From IMG/VR virus record IMGVR_UViG_3300027816_000055: DNA of 64,000 nucleotides; one strand, written 5' to 3'. This DNA comes from a virus. Below the pieces are notes generated by a model. It was not told the origin of the DNA. It saw nothing but the letters and a program-made list of their open reading frames with translations, and ran no database searches. The position numbers were made by a program, and so were the translations under genes. Each line of letters begins with the position of its first letter. Within the stretch, counting starts at the first letter, position 1. Positions 42,498 through 52,713 of this stretch are shown here, piece by piece.

Positions 42498-43808
42498 TTA
42501 ATACATGTTTTGCACAGCAGTTGCATATATCACTGTGTTGTTTGGTGCTGTAGATCCACTTGGTCCCAATGTAGATGTGTTCACGGCAATAAATGTGAAA
42601 AAATCTGCTCTGTTTAAAGTACCGGTTGTAATTGCTGGTTGAACACCATTTCTCCACACAATAGGACAGTCATAATATATACTACCACTATAAAGTGCTC
42701 CTTTAAACATTAAACTTGCGGTTGGAGTAGTTGCTGCTTGATTAACAACTACATTTAATTGTTGACCACGACTCATTGTTATAGATGCAGTTCCGTGGTT
42801 ATTCAATTGAAGAAATCTAGTTGCTGCACTGGAAGCATCCAAGTATAGAGTTTCTTGAGCAGTTGCAATTCCATCGTAGTCTGCGCTTTTTAACGTAACT
42901 CCACCATTAACTATCAACTCATTTCCAATATAAGTTTTTCCACTGCTACTTACACAAAAAGTTGTGTCAAGGCTACTGCTGCCATAACGAACTTCAATAG
43001 CTTTTTGTATATGATATGTTTGAGGATTGCTTACACTACTACCACTGTATACGTTAATTAAGAAACGAGTGTCTGTGTTTGCCGTTCCTGAATCTACACC
43101 TACATTAAATGTACCATCACGGGATATTGACTGTGCTCCTACCAAAGGCCACATATATATTCCATTACCAGCAATACGCATTGCACGAATTGTACCATTA
43201 CCATCTGGATCATTACCTTGTTTACTTATTAATTGATTTGATCCACTGTATGTTATCAAATCAAGCATGCCTCTTGCGCCTCCTGTATTTTCAGTTCCGC
43301 ATGCCAATGCCCATGCGTCTGATGCACTATACATGCTTTGCATACTATATCCACAGTTGAATGTACCACGGGCATTAAAAAATGCCTGTCCGTTTTCAAT
43401 TGCAATATTTTTATAACTTGAAACGTATCCTAATGATGCTGTGTAATATATACTTGAATCGCCTAACACCGTCGTACCGGTCCATATAGGTAAATAATTT
43501 ACAGTTCCGTTACCGGCTATAATTCCCGCACTACCAGATAAATAACTAGCAGTTAACGCATAACTGGCACTAATAGTATTTCTAGAATAACTTGACGTAA
43601 TTGCATAACTTGAGCTAATAGAATTATTTGCCCAACTTGAAGTGCCAATTAAAGATCCTGAAAAACTACCAGTAGACAATAGTGTTTGCAATTGTCCGAG
43701 TGTAGCACGATATGTTAGTAAACTACTACTTCTGTCAATTGGAAAAAAATCTTCCGTTTTTAACAGCGCCGGAAATGTATTTAATTCGCTTATTTTAATA
43801 GTTGACAT
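42498..43808 (-). CDS. Tail fibre protein
   Basis: MSTIKISEL N-terminus; GTSSWANN..SSSY repeats. Confidence 0.7.
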   Translation of the reverse strand: MSTIKISELNTFPALLKTEDFFPIDRSSSLLTYRATLGQLQTLLSTGSFSGSLIGTSSWANNSISSSYAITSSYSRNTISASYALTASYLSGSAGIIAGNGTVNYLPIWTGTTVLGDSSIYYTASLGYVSSYKNIAIENGQAFFNARGTFNCGYSMQSMYSASDAWALACGTENTGGARGMLDLITYSGSNQLISKQGNDPDGNGTIRAMRIAGNGIYMWPLVGAQSISRDGTFNVGVDSGTANTDTRFLINVYSGSSVSNPQTYHIQKAIEVRYGSSSLDTTFCVSSSGKTYIGNELIVNGGVTLKSADYDGIATAQETLYLDASSAATRFLQLNNHGTASITMSRGQQLNVVVNQAATTPTASLMFKGALYSGSIYYDCPIVWRNGVQPAITTGTLNRADFFTFIAVNTSTLGPSGSTAPNNTVIYATAVQNMY

Positions 43809-43811
43809 AGA

Positions 43812-44906
43812 TTATTTCCAAGTTCTAATTTTAATTTTCCATTTTGTAGGATCTAAATTGACGCGACCGCCAGTTTTTGCATGCGCATATACTCCACCGA
43901 TCCAATTAGCCCATGATATACCAACTTGAGTTGAATTTGTCCAAACAGTTGTAATTGGACGTTCATCATCGGCTCCTCCTGAATCATCATGTAATTGTTC
44001 AACACTAATTTCATCATTTACCGCATATCCTTGATCAATTACTTGACATATTAAAGTCACACGCACAAGTGAAGGAGTTGCTGCAAATCCATGGTTTACC
44101 GCATAATAAATATTAACATATGAGTTTAATGTTGACGGACTTGTTGCTGAATAATAAATACTTGAGTCCAATCCGGCAAATCCACTTCCACCAATAGTTC
44201 CTGCTGCGCTCGCTGCATATGAAGATGTTGTAGAATAACTAGAACTTAATGAATAACTTGATGATATGCTTGACGATGCTCTGCTAGAAGAAACTGCAAA
44301 ACTAGATGTACCTACAAATCCTACAGCATTTGTCACACTTGATGTAAATGTTGTTGCAGATACACCACCGACAACAGTCAATAAATTATTATTGGTAGTA
44401 TCCCATGATAAATTATTAGTGCCAGCAAATGTTCCTGCGGGTGAGCGATATTGAATATTTCCTGTTGCTCCACCTGCGGTTGTTGTTGTAGCAGCAGAAA
44501 TAACAACTACATTAGGATCAAGAGAATCATTGGCAATTGTTATATTTGAGCCTTGTCCTATTTTTTTAAATCTCAAATCTACGCCTACTTTGTCGGAAAC
44601 TAATCCATAGCCGTATGAGCCAGTGTTCGATGCAGTATTTACTTCACCTGTATTTGGTGAATATGAAGCAGTCAGTGCATTTGTTGCCCAGCTACTCGTA
44701 CCACTCAAAGAACCTATAAAACTACCAGTAAAACTACCTGTATATGCTCCTCCAATACTAGTAACATATTGACTCAATTCAAGTGCTGTGATTTTTTTAG
44801 TTTCTTGATTTGCAACATCTGTAATAAACAACAAATCTGTGCCGCTGGATGCTGATAATTCAGCGGCACTATAACTAGTCAAATCGGTAATCTTTTTACT
44901 GGACAT
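43812..44906 (-). CDS. Tail fibre protein
   Basis: MSSKKITDL N-terminus; GTSSWA/GTSSFA repeats. Confidence 0.7.
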   Translation of the reverse strand: MSSKKITDLTSYSAAELSASSGTDLLFITDVANQETKKITALELSQYVTSIGGAYTGSFTGSFIGSLSGTSSWATNALTASYSPNTGEVNTASNTGSYGYGLVSDKVGVDLRFKKIGQGSNITIANDSLDPNVVVISAATTTTAGGATGNIQYRSPAGTFAGTNNLSWDTTNNNLLTVVGGVSATTFTSSVTNAVGFVGTSSFAVSSSRASSSISSSYSLSSSYSTTSSYAASAAGTIGGSGFAGLDSSIYYSATSPSTLNSYVNIYYAVNHGFAATPSLVRVTLICQVIDQGYAVNDEISVEQLHDDSGGADDERPITTVWTNSTQVGISWANWIGGVYAHAKTGGRVNLDPTKWKIKIRTWK

Positions 44907-44935
44907 ATACTTTTAATATATATAAGTATATTTAA

Positions 44936-45652
44936 TCACAAGTTTTTTATTTTTTTAATAATATATTTTACCAATCCACTACGAACAATATCTTCTTCAG
45001 TAAATTTAAATGTAAATATACCATTTTCTCTACTTTCCGCATCATCGAAAACATTTACAATTTTGGTAAACCCGCTTTTATTTCCGATATCAGTTTGTTC
45101 TGGATCACCGATAATAAAAACTTTACTAAATTCACCAGTACGTGTAATAAGTGTGATTATTTCTTTCTGAGTCATGTTTTGAGCTTCGTCTGCAATAATA
45201 CATTTGGCATTCCAATTCAAACCACGTAAAAATCCAATTGGAACACTTGAAACACGACCATCTTTCTCCAACAAATCAACTTCTGATTTTGGTAATAATT
45301 CGTTTAATTTTTCCAAAAGAGGTTGCAAATATGGTGCCATCTTTTCATTGGCTTCTCCGGGTAAAAATCCAATTTTACTATCCGAACTTTCTACAGCACT
45401 TCGTAAATATAGCAAGTCACTTACTTTTTTTAAATTCATCAATTGCAACGCAGCCATTATACTTACATAAGTTTTCGACGTTCCCGCTGGTCCACTAACA
45501 AAAATCATTTTCGTATTTTTATCCATTGCAAGTTCCAAAAACGCTTTTTGTTTTTCAGTTAACTCACGCTGTGTTATATTTAATTCGTTTTTAATTTTTG
45601 ACTTTTGTGGAACAAGTGGACTTGTATCCGGTTTAGATTTATTTTTTTTCAT
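44936..45652 (-). CDS. phoH: PhoH-family ATPase
   Basis: GPAGTSKT, GFLPG, RG, IIADEAQN, GDPEQTD. Confidence 0.95.
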   Translation of the reverse strand: MKKNKSKPDTSPLVPQKSKIKNELNITQRELTEKQKAFLELAMDKNTKMIFVSGPAGTSKTYVSIMAALQLMNLKKVSDLLYLRSAVESSDSKIGFLPGEANEKMAPYLQPLLEKLNELLPKSEVDLLEKDGRVSSVPIGFLRGLNWNAKCIIADEAQNMTQKEIITLITRTGEFSKVFIIGDPEQTDIGNKSGFTKIVNVFDDAESRENGIFTFKFTEEDIVRSGLVKYIIKKIKNL

Positions 45653-45983
45653 GCGAGTTTAATTTATACAAAACAGTATTTAATTTTTCTTCAATTTTTT
45701 TTACTCTTGCACATAATTCATATTTTTCAGTCGAAATATAGTAATTATATACATTTTCTAAATTCTGTTTGAAAGTTTCATGTGACAATGTGATGACAAA
45801 ATCAGATCGTTTAAACTTAAATACCTCCACGATTTCTAATTTTTTATCAATGGCATATTCTATGGAAGACACTACCTGCTCTGTCATTATTGTTTTATTT
45901 TTTTCTATAAATGTATCCATCTCCGAAAAGTCCGAAGGTAACAAATATGGTTTATATGTAACAGTTAATGATTTTTTTGCCAT
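45639..45983 (-). CDS. Hypothetical protein with a C-terminal UVR-like motif
   Basis: YISTEKYELCARVKK. Confidence 0.6.
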   Translation of the reverse strand: MAKKSLTVTYKPYLLPSDFSEMDTFIEKNKTIMTEQVVSSIEYAIDKKLEIVEVFKFKRSDFVITLSHETFKQNLENVYNYYISTEKYELCARVKKIEEKLNTVLYKLNSHEKK

Positions 45984-46011
45984 ACATCAATAAGTATCTG
46001 ATAACCATTTA

Positions 46012-46053
46012 CAAAAACAAAAAAACGTCATCAAATATTATTTTGATGACGTT
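46012..46053 (-). terminator. Intrinsic terminator
   Basis: AACGTCATCAAA/TTTGATGACGTT stem followed by a T-tract on the minus strand. Confidence 0.8.
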
Positions 46054-46076
46054 CATATTTATGTATTTATGTATAC

Positions 46077-46316
46077 TTACTTCTTCTTTTTATAAGAAGA
46101 CTTCTTTTTGGAACTAACTTCTGGCTGTTTATTTGTGTTTGTTGTATCGACAACATTCTGTAGCTGACGCTCTCTGCGTTGCGCGGTGTATCTCCAACTT
46201 AGTTTTGTACGGCGGCTTGCATATTCAAATGCAAGCCCTGTTGCCAACAAATTAATTACTTCCGCTTCAGTTTCAGCGTTGGCAATTTTTTCTCTCAATC
46301 CAATTGGTGTACTCAT
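46077..46316 (-). CDS. Hypothetical protein
   Basis: 79-aa ORF with a basic tail. Confidence 0.6.
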   Translation of the reverse strand: MSTPIGLREKIANAETEAEVINLLATGLAFEYASRRTKLSWRYTAQRRERQLQNVVDTTNTNKQPEVSSKKKSSYKKKK

Positions 46317-46318
46317 AA

Positions 46319-46534
46319 TTAATAGATGCGATGTTTCTTATCGTTGTATTCTTCTACTGTTATTTTTGTTCCATCCGGCCATGTGGCGATGATCTTTTTC
46401 CAATGATCAACTTCTTCAGTTGCATCACTAACATTATCATATTCGCGTTCACTAACACGAATACCACTGCGAGTTACAACAAACTTCTTGTGTGAAGCTG
46501 TTCCATTGTCTTGCTTACTTGTTTTAGTAGCCAT
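46319..46534 (-). CDS. Hypothetical protein
   Basis: 71-aa ORF. Confidence 0.6.
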   Translation of the reverse strand: MATKTSKQDNGTASHKKFVVTRSGIRVSEREYDNVSDATEEVDHWKKIIATWPDGTKITVEEYNDKKHRIY

Positions 46535-46615
46535 AATATACTATCCTTTTTTTAATTCATACTATTTGTTTGGTTTTATTAAAATGATATGCGATAACCA
46601 GTCAACATACCAAAA

Positions 46616-47140
46616 TTATTCGTCAATATTTTTTACTCTGTATTTGTCTTTCTTTGTGGGATGTAGTGCCACAGAATCATAATAAAAATATTGTGTCTGT
46701 TCAAAAGTTGCATTATAGACTTTTATTCCGCCAACAGGAAAATGTGGTTTACCTGCATCAATATATTCCATGAAATATATTTTATAAAACAATGGATATT
46801 TGGCAACAACTACACGGCTTCCAATGTCAGTGTCTTTTGTAATGCGTCTTTCAATAGGAATATGATTATAGATTTCAAATTCAATACTTGAATGCCGAAA
46901 GGTTTTTGAAACAACTTTTAAATCTGAAATAGATTCGTCTGATTCCGCTTCGTCTATCTTTTTTGATTTCGCATCCGATTTAACAGTCTGTTTAATCTCT
47001 TTTTTCGGCTTTATTGGTGTTTCTACTTTTTTAGATTCTACTTTTTTAGGAGTAGAAGGGGCGACTTTTTTTACATCATTACCCTTTAACTTTTTAGTAA
47101 TAATGTCTTTAAAGTCGCCCTTTTTCTTTGGTCGAGCCAT
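46616..47140 (-). CDS. Hypothetical protein with a Lys-rich N-terminus
   Basis: 174-aa ORF. Confidence 0.6.
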   Translation of the reverse strand: MARPKKKGDFKDIITKKLKGNDVKKVAPSTPKKVESKKVETPIKPKKEIKQTVKSDAKSKKIDEAESDESISDLKVVSKTFRHSSIEFEIYNHIPIERRITKDTDIGSRVVVAKYPLFYKIYFMEYIDAGKPHFPVGGIKVYNATFEQTQYFYYDSVALHPTKKDKYRVKNIDE

Positions 47141-47145
47141 AAGTG

Positions 47146-48153
47146 TTACTTCAACACTAACAATTTGGTGCCCTTAATCAACTTACGATTGGTGCTAGTG
47201 CTTTGAACGAAAATATCAAATGCACTATGAGAAGCAGGATTAACTTTTACTTCCTGATTAGGTAATGCCAACATTGCTCGGGCATTTACACCACTGTATA
47301 CTTTGCCGTTCATTTTGTCTTGAATGCAAACTTGCTTATAGCTTTGAATCTTCTCAGGTTTGGTTAGCTGATAATATGAAGAACCATTTACATATGCCGA
47401 TTTAGTCCAGCTTTCAACAAATGGTTTGATTACGCTGTCCGATTGAATTGGAAGCAATAAATAATCGGTAGCAGGCAACTGTGTAAGATTAGTTGCAACC
47501 GCTGCGGTTGTCAACTTCGTTACATCCAAATCAAATAGATTTTTAGTGCTACGAATTCCTTTGGCGCGAGCAGCCATGAAATTATCAGTTGCTGCTTTGA
47601 TAGTTTCACCTGCTTTTTCAACACCGCCAACAGTCGCATTCCATACTTGGATGTTATTTGTTGGAAATCCAAATTTCTTGGCTTCATGAACACCTGTTTG
47701 ATTTGGAACCAACACGGCAACAGTCCAATTATCAGGTAGGGTTTTGAGTTTTGTAGCCAAATGTTCAGGCGTGTTTCGGCTATTGTTTTCTTCTCCGTCT
47801 GTCAGAACATAAGACAAAAACGCATGGTCGCCATACTTTTGTGGAGTCAATGCAAGATCATCCAATGCAGTTACGGTTCCATCAATTAATGATGTATTTC
47901 CACCAGTGCGATAGTAATCTTTTAATGATGGCAGACGTAGTACGTCTTTATCGTAAATTAAACAGCTAACACTGCTATTAAAAAGATAAACAGTGACGCG
48001 AGTTTCTTGATCCAATTCCTTGCTACGTAGAGCAAGGTGCTTAATCTGCGCGTCGAAAACTTTTACAACTTCGTTTGAAAGATGGCCCATTGACCCTGAA
48101 GAATCTACGACGAACACAATGTGATTAATATAATTTTGTAAATTTTTATTCAT
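47146..48153 (-). CDS. vWA-domain protein
   Basis: IVFVVDSSGSM MIDAS, GGNTSLIDG, VLTDGEEN. Confidence 0.9.
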   Translation of the reverse strand: MNKNLQNYINHIVFVVDSSGSMGHLSNEVVKVFDAQIKHLALRSKELDQETRVTVYLFNSSVSCLIYDKDVLRLPSLKDYYRTGGNTSLIDGTVTALDDLALTPQKYGDHAFLSYVLTDGEENNSRNTPEHLATKLKTLPDNWTVAVLVPNQTGVHEAKKFGFPTNNIQVWNATVGGVEKAGETIKAATDNFMAARAKGIRSTKNLFDLDVTKLTTAAVATNLTQLPATDYLLLPIQSDSVIKPFVESWTKSAYVNGSSYYQLTKPEKIQSYKQVCIQDKMNGKVYSGVNARAMLALPNQEVKVNPASHSAFDIFVQSTSTNRKLIKGTKLLVLK

Positions 48154-48209
48154 AATTTTTTATTTGTTAATTTGTTAAGTATGTGCATACCTTTTACCGC
48201 ATGCACACT

Positions 48210-48238
48210 AATATATAGTATCTCAAAACAGATTTCAA
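48210..48238 (-). promoter_or_regulatory. Sigma70-like promoter
   Basis: TTGAAA-N17-TATATT upstream of the vWA gene. Confidence 0.5.
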
Positions 48239-48239
48239 C

Positions 48240-48488
48240 TTATTTTATCTGTGTTGTTTTAAATATTTTTCCAGAGGTTGTGTAATGTGCCCGGTATATG
48301 TTAGTGACAATATAATTGATTGATAGTGTGTTAGTTACATAATGTTCATATTCAATGTAATCATTTGTAATAACAACCACATTACCTGTTTTTTGTATTT
48401 CGTTTAATGCAGGTTCATAATTATATCTTAACATTTTACAACCGGTGTTTAATAATATAATTGCTCCAAAAAACATTAATTTTTTCAT
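48240..48488 (-). CDS. Putative lipoprotein
   Basis: MKK, hydrophobic stretch, then LNTGC lipobox. Confidence 0.55.
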   Translation of the reverse strand: MKKLMFFGAIILLNTGCKMLRYNYEPALNEIQKTGNVVVITNDYIEYEHYVTNTLSINYIVTNIYRAHYTTSGKIFKTTQIK

Positions 48489-49630
48489 TATACAGCTACT
48501 TGTCCTTTAATTGCCGGATGTGGATCATAATCCAACAACTTGATGTCATCATATTTGAAATCAAATAATGATTTAATTTCAGGATTTAACCACAACTTAG
48601 GAAGTTGCTTTGGTTCTCTAGTCATTTGCAATTTAATTTGATCCAAATGATTAACATAAACATGTGAATCTCCATGCGAGTGTGTAAATTTTCCCGGCAC
48701 CATATTCGTGACTTGGGCAATCATAGCGATCAACAAACTATATGATGCAATATTAAATGGAACACCGAGGAAAAAATCATTTGAACGTTGATAGAGCAAA
48801 CAATTCAAACGACGGGTTGGAATATTATATTTTTCCACTAACTCCAAATCAGAACTTGGACGTATTCCATAACTATTTGTTAAATCCAAGTCTTTCTTAC
48901 ATTGTTCGTCAGTTAATAACTTTGTTCGTTCTTCCAAAGTCAATTCTTCTGTATGAAAGTGATACATAACATGACATGGAGGTAATGCACAGTGATCTAC
49001 CCAATATGGGTGCCACGCAGAGACAATAATGCGTCGATCATCTGGATTAGTTTTAAGTTTAACAATTGCCTTTTGTAATTGGTCAACATGATCTACTTCC
49101 GCTACAATTTTATGTCCATATAATGATTGGGTTTCGCTGGATTCATCATAATATGGAAATGCTCTCCACATTCCTCCATAAGTTCCTTCACCGAGTTCAC
49201 CCCATTGTTTGGCAAATTCTGAGTTGGTTTTAATGCGATCAATAAATTCTTCCTGCGTCAATTTACGACAACTTCTAGCTACGGCTTCTCCATCTTTTTC
49301 ACGAATTCCATTTTCTTCATTGAAGATGACATTTTCTTTATGAGCATCTGCATACTTTTTATATGCCCATTCATTCCAAATACGAACATTGTTATCAACC
49401 AGATACTTGATGTTTGTATCTCCACTAATGAACCAAAGCAATTCATGCACAATAGCTGGCCAATGAACTTTCTTGGTGGTTAATATAGGAAATGCGTTGA
49501 GGTCAACATCATATTTGGCTTGAGCACCAAAAATACCAATAGTATCGATACCGGTTCGGTTCTTTTTGAGTCGTCCGTTGGTTAGAATGTCGTTTACAAC
49601 TCTAAAATATTCTGTGTCTACTTTGTTCAT
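48488..49630 (-). CDS. thyA: Thymidylate synthase
   Basis: HELLWFISG, ALPPCH, YQRSND, GVPFNIASY, HVYVNH. Confidence 0.95.
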   Translation of the reverse strand: MNKVDTEYFRVVNDILTNGRLKKNRTGIDTIGIFGAQAKYDVDLNAFPILTTKKVHWPAIVHELLWFISGDTNIKYLVDNNVRIWNEWAYKKYADAHKENVIFNEENGIREKDGEAVARSCRKLTQEEFIDRIKTNSEFAKQWGELGEGTYGGMWRAFPYYDESSETQSLYGHKIVAEVDHVDQLQKAIVKLKTNPDDRRIIVSAWHPYWVDHCALPPCHVMYHFHTEELTLEERTKLLTDEQCKKDLDLTNSYGIRPSSDLELVEKYNIPTRRLNCLLYQRSNDFFLGVPFNIASYSLLIAMIAQVTNMVPGKFTHSHGDSHVYVNHLDQIKLQMTREPKQLPKLWLNPEIKSLFDFKYDDIKLLDYDPHPAIKGQVAV

Positions 49631-49631
49631 A

Positions 49632-50141
49632 TTATTTGTTCCATTTAAATAAATCTAAAAATAAATCCCAACTAGTCATCTCTCTTGGATATTTGTCTTT
49701 TTTCTTTTTAATTTGCTCTAATTGTTTAATTCTAGTAGGTGAAGGAAATTGACCCGTTCCTTCACACAAACTACATTTTTTTAATTCAAAATCTATTGCT
49801 TTATACGATCCTTTACCATCACATATTCTACACAAAATATCATTGTTTGAAATTCTGTGATTTTCCCAATCCTCATAACATTTAAATGAGTATGAATATA
49901 CACTTGGAGTTCCACGCTTCAGCAATGTTTCACATTTATCACAATATCGATCATATTCTGCAATTGTTCCGCTAAAATCTCCATATGACGAACATAAACT
50001 CAACAAAAAATCGAATGATTGGATATTACATCGTCTACAAGCCATATGTGAACAACGATCACAGGTCTTAAAATAATGCCCTTGATCATCAATACAAACG
50101 GGTAATTTCTTACCATCGAATGTGTGAGTATTTTTGTTCAT
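49632..50141 (-). CDS. Cys-rich protein with DnaJ-type CxxCxGxG motifs
   Basis: CRICDGKG, CSLCEGTG. Confidence 0.6.
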   Translation of the reverse strand: MNKNTHTFDGKKLPVCIDDQGHYFKTCDRCSHMACRRCNIQSFDFLLSLCSSYGDFSGTIAEYDRYCDKCETLLKRGTPSVYSYSFKCYEDWENHRISNNDILCRICDGKGSYKAIDFELKKCSLCEGTGQFPSPTRIKQLEQIKKKKDKYPREMTSWDLFLDLFKWNK

Positions 50142-50142
50142 A

Positions 50143-50331
50143 TCATTTCTTCATTTTACTTTTGCATTGGCATTCTTTCTTACCACACCCAAGACATAAA
50201 TTGTTTCTATAACGATGATGTAATTTATCTATTGCGGGTGATTCATTAAGATGAATTGGTTGTCCATTTATATGCGGACCATCAAAATGAATATCATATC
50301 CTTTAGTTCGTGGTTTCCGCTTTTTAGCCAT
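50143..50331 (-). CDS. Small basic Cys-containing protein
   Basis: 62 aa, directly downstream of a consensus promoter. Confidence 0.6.
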   Translation of the reverse strand: MAKKRKPRTKGYDIHFDGPHINGQPIHLNESPAIDKLHHRYRNNLCLGCGKKECQCKSKMKK

Positions 50332-50338
50332 ATTACTT

Positions 50339-50367
50339 ATTATAATTCACAACTTTGTGTAGGTCAA
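50339..50367 (-). promoter_or_regulatory. Sigma70-like promoter
   Basis: TTGACC-N17-TATAAT, 7 nt before the ATG. Confidence 0.75.
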
Positions 50368-50677
50368 ATTCTTTTACAACGCCTCGTTTGTTATAAATAT
50401 GTACCCAACAAAGACATTAACCGGTAAAATTTATTCATACAGTTTTCTTGCGAGTCTTAATAAGTTCCATAAAGGCGGCGGGTTTCTTAAGATCAGGATT
50501 ACTGTGATCCTTCTCTGTTACTTCGTCAACTTCTTTTGTATTGCCGGATTCGATTTGTGTCTCAGCCATTACAGCTTTGATTGCCATTTTTGATTTGACT
50601 CGCAAGTATTTTACTATCTTCTAAAGGATCATGAAAAGTATATTCAGTATCTACTTTGATCATATCAATCTTTTTAT

Positions 50678-50875
50678 TCAAATTATTCCAGCAGTTGAGT
50701 GGTTATTTCTATCGGCAAGTGCTATTTTATATGTTTCTTCTAATACAGAAACATTATATAATTCTTTTACTGTGGAAATTGTTTCCCAATCTACTAAGAA
50801 TGTTTTATTTTTTCCATCACGATATTTGATGGTTACTTCCAAATCGTGTGGGTCTATTTCATCGTAATTGTTCAT
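50678..50875 (-). CDS. Hypothetical protein
   Basis: 65-aa ORF, coupled to the HEAT gene. Confidence 0.55.
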   Translation of the reverse strand: MNNYDEIDPHDLEVTIKYRDGKNKTFLVDWETISTVKELYNVSVLEETYKIALADRNNHSTAGII

Positions 50876-51138
50876 ATATCTAATATATCCTTGGCAATAT
50901 CTCGTATCATAGGATCAGGATCACTATCCGCTATCGTTTCGATTTTGTCAACAACATTTTGATGTTCGATAAAAAAACTTAATCCCGCCAATGCTCCTTC
51001 TCTCACAGTTGGATCTTCATGCCGAAGAATTCTAAATAAGGTTGGAATTGCGGCGGGATCACCTTCGATACCCAAGTCTTCCGCATGATATGTAAGTATA
51101 TGCGGCTCCATATTTTCAATCTCTCTGTCGTAATTCAT
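50872..51138 (-). CDS. HEAT-repeat protein
   Basis: LRHEDPTVREGALAGL, DPDPMIRDIA. Confidence 0.75.
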   Translation of the reverse strand: MNYDREIENMEPHILTYHAEDLGIEGDPAAIPTLFRILRHEDPTVREGALAGLSFFIEHQNVVDKIETIADSDPDPMIRDIAKDILDI

Positions 51139-51146
51139 ATGCGCTG

Positions 51147-51175
51147 ATACTACGCCAGAGAGTCTATATGGTCAA
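51147..51175 (-). promoter_or_regulatory. Sigma70-like promoter
   Basis: TTGACC-N17-TAGTAT, 8 nt before the ATG. Confidence 0.65.
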
Positions 51176-51184
51176 TTTTTTATA

Positions 51185-51958
51185 TCAACTATACGTATTG
51201 TTATCAATTTTTGTATATGTCACAGATTTTGGTTCTTTAGTTACTCCTTGTTCCAAAAATCCAAAACTATAACTATATTTTCCAATATGTGCCAGTTTAA
51301 TTCGGGTATCACAATACAATTTGATTCCAGCACTTCGTATTCTATGACAAAATGCAAAATCTTCACCGATATATTCGTCATTTAATAACAATGGATAAAA
51401 ATAAGGATATACTTCGTATTGCCCACCCCAAATTTTTACTCTTGTCATCTTTTCATTTTTCACAATTGCCTCATATACACTACGATGTGTATACATAAAC
51501 CCAGTGGCAGCATATTTTATTTCATATAATCCGCCGCTTTCACCAAGCAAAACTTTTTTGTCAAGAAATTCAGTGGTTAATGCTGGCCAACCTTTGACAC
51601 TATACGGAGCACTAACAAATGGAAGGCCCAATTTAATTACCTTTTCAACATCATATGGCCAAAATGCTACATCCGCATCAATCCAAAACAAATGTTCGAA
51701 ACCTTCGTCTAATGCATCCTGTGCCATGGCGCATCTACCTTGATCAATCGCACTAAATCCATATTTTCTACGAACTGTGTAACCAAATGATTCCAATTTT
51801 CTTAATGCTTCATCCACGGCTGGTTCGATACTATGTGCAACAGGAACCAAAATAACGACGGAATTTGGTTTAAATGATTGTGGCAAAATAGCATTAACTT
51901 TTGCTTTTTTAGACGAGCGTAACTTCTGAAATAATCCAACGATGTAATCTATAATCAT
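51185..51958 (-). CDS. GT-A fold glycosyltransferase
   Basis: HLFWIDADV, ATGFMY, GEDFAFC. Confidence 0.85.
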   Translation of the reverse strand: MIIDYIVGLFQKLRSSKKAKVNAILPQSFKPNSVVILVPVAHSIEPAVDEALRKLESFGYTVRRKYGFSAIDQGRCAMAQDALDEGFEHLFWIDADVAFWPYDVEKVIKLGLPFVSAPYSVKGWPALTTEFLDKKVLLGESGGLYEIKYAATGFMYTHRSVYEAIVKNEKMTRVKIWGGQYEVYPYFYPLLLNDEYIGEDFAFCHRIRSAGIKLYCDTRIKLAHIGKYSYSFGFLEQGVTKEPKSVTYTKIDNNTYS

Positions 51959-51972
51959 AACAATAATAAGTA

Positions 51973-52461
51973 TTATACTGTTTTTGAATACTTCAAAACT
52001 TTATGTTCTCCTTCAAATTCTCTTATAACTTCTTGCTTATCAAATAGATGCTCAAATGGTGACATATAAGTATCAGCATCAAATTCTCCATTTACATGTG
52101 TAACATAAAATTCTCTGATATATGGAAGAAATAATTCATATGTCTTGGCACCACCGATGACAATCAATTCTCCTTTGAGTTGAACGTCAAGATTGACAAT
52201 ACTCATTGCATTGCGATAGGTATGCGCCGAATTATAAATAACATTATAATCATCTACGTGTTTATATGGAGTTCTCGTCAGTACAATTAAATTGCGATTT
52301 TTTAGTTTTGGTAACGTTGAAAAAGTCGTGTGTCCAACAACCAAAATTTTATTAGTTGTAAACTCTTTAAACCATCTGAAATCATCTTTTATACTTGGCC
52401 AAGGCAATTGATTTTTTTTCCCAATTGCTCTATTTTTATCCATTGCAATAATTGCTTTCAT
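51973..52461 (-). CDS. folA: Dihydrofolate reductase
   Basis: IGKKNQLPW, DFRWFK, VIGGAKTY, DTY. Confidence 0.92.
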   Translation of the reverse strand: MKAIIAMDKNRAIGKKNQLPWPSIKDDFRWFKEFTTNKILVVGHTTFSTLPKLKNRNLIVLTRTPYKHVDDYNVIYNSAHTYRNAMSIVNLDVQLKGELIVIGGAKTYELFLPYIREFYVTHVNGEFDADTYMSPFEHLFDKQEVIREFEGEHKVLKYSKTV

Positions 52462-52570
52462 ATATCTTTAATCAAATTTTTGAAACTAGTAGTTGTTAAT
52501 TTTGATGCTGTTGTGTTACTACATTTGTATTGTCACGATTTTCATTGAATATTATGTATTATATCTAAAA

Positions 52571-52610
52571 CAAAAAAACCGTCAACATATAAATAATGTT
52601 GACGGTTTTA
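52571..52610 (-). terminator. Intrinsic terminator at the end of the RNA cluster
   Basis: AAAACCGTCAACAT/ATGTTGACGGTTTT stem plus T-tract. Confidence 0.85.
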
Positions 52611-52617
52611 AATAAAT

Positions 52618-52709
52618 TGGCGGATAGAACAGGATTCGAACCTGTGGTACGCTTTTAAACGTACAGAAGTTTAGCAAACTTCCGCTTTCGGCCACTCAGC
52701 CATCTATCC
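52618..52709 (-). tRNA. trnS: tRNA-Ser(GCT), canonical
   Basis: GAAGT-TTGCTAA-ACTTC, long V arm, TTCGAAT, CCA. Confidence 0.95.
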
Positions 52710-52713
52710 ATTA

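Noticed and set aside
12202-44906. Diversity-generating retroelement acting on fibre genes
   Set aside because: No reverse transcriptase and no template/variable repeat pair differing at adenines was seen.
12471-45498. Short antisense ORFs of 60-120 aa inside long genes
   Set aside because: They are shadow ORFs with no motifs and lie fully within well-supported genes on the other strand or frame.
48488-49630. ThyA as a dCMP hydroxymethylase for DNA hypermodification
   Set aside because: It retains the dUMP-specifying Asn (GVPFNIASY) and is accompanied by folA, so it is an ordinary thymidylate synthase.
50424-50663. Possible frameshift joining two short minus-strand ORFs (MIKVDTEY... and MAIKAVMAE...) at a T5 run near 50587
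   Set aside because: The run is short, there is no recognisable domain to support the fusion, and two separate small ORFs are equally plausible.
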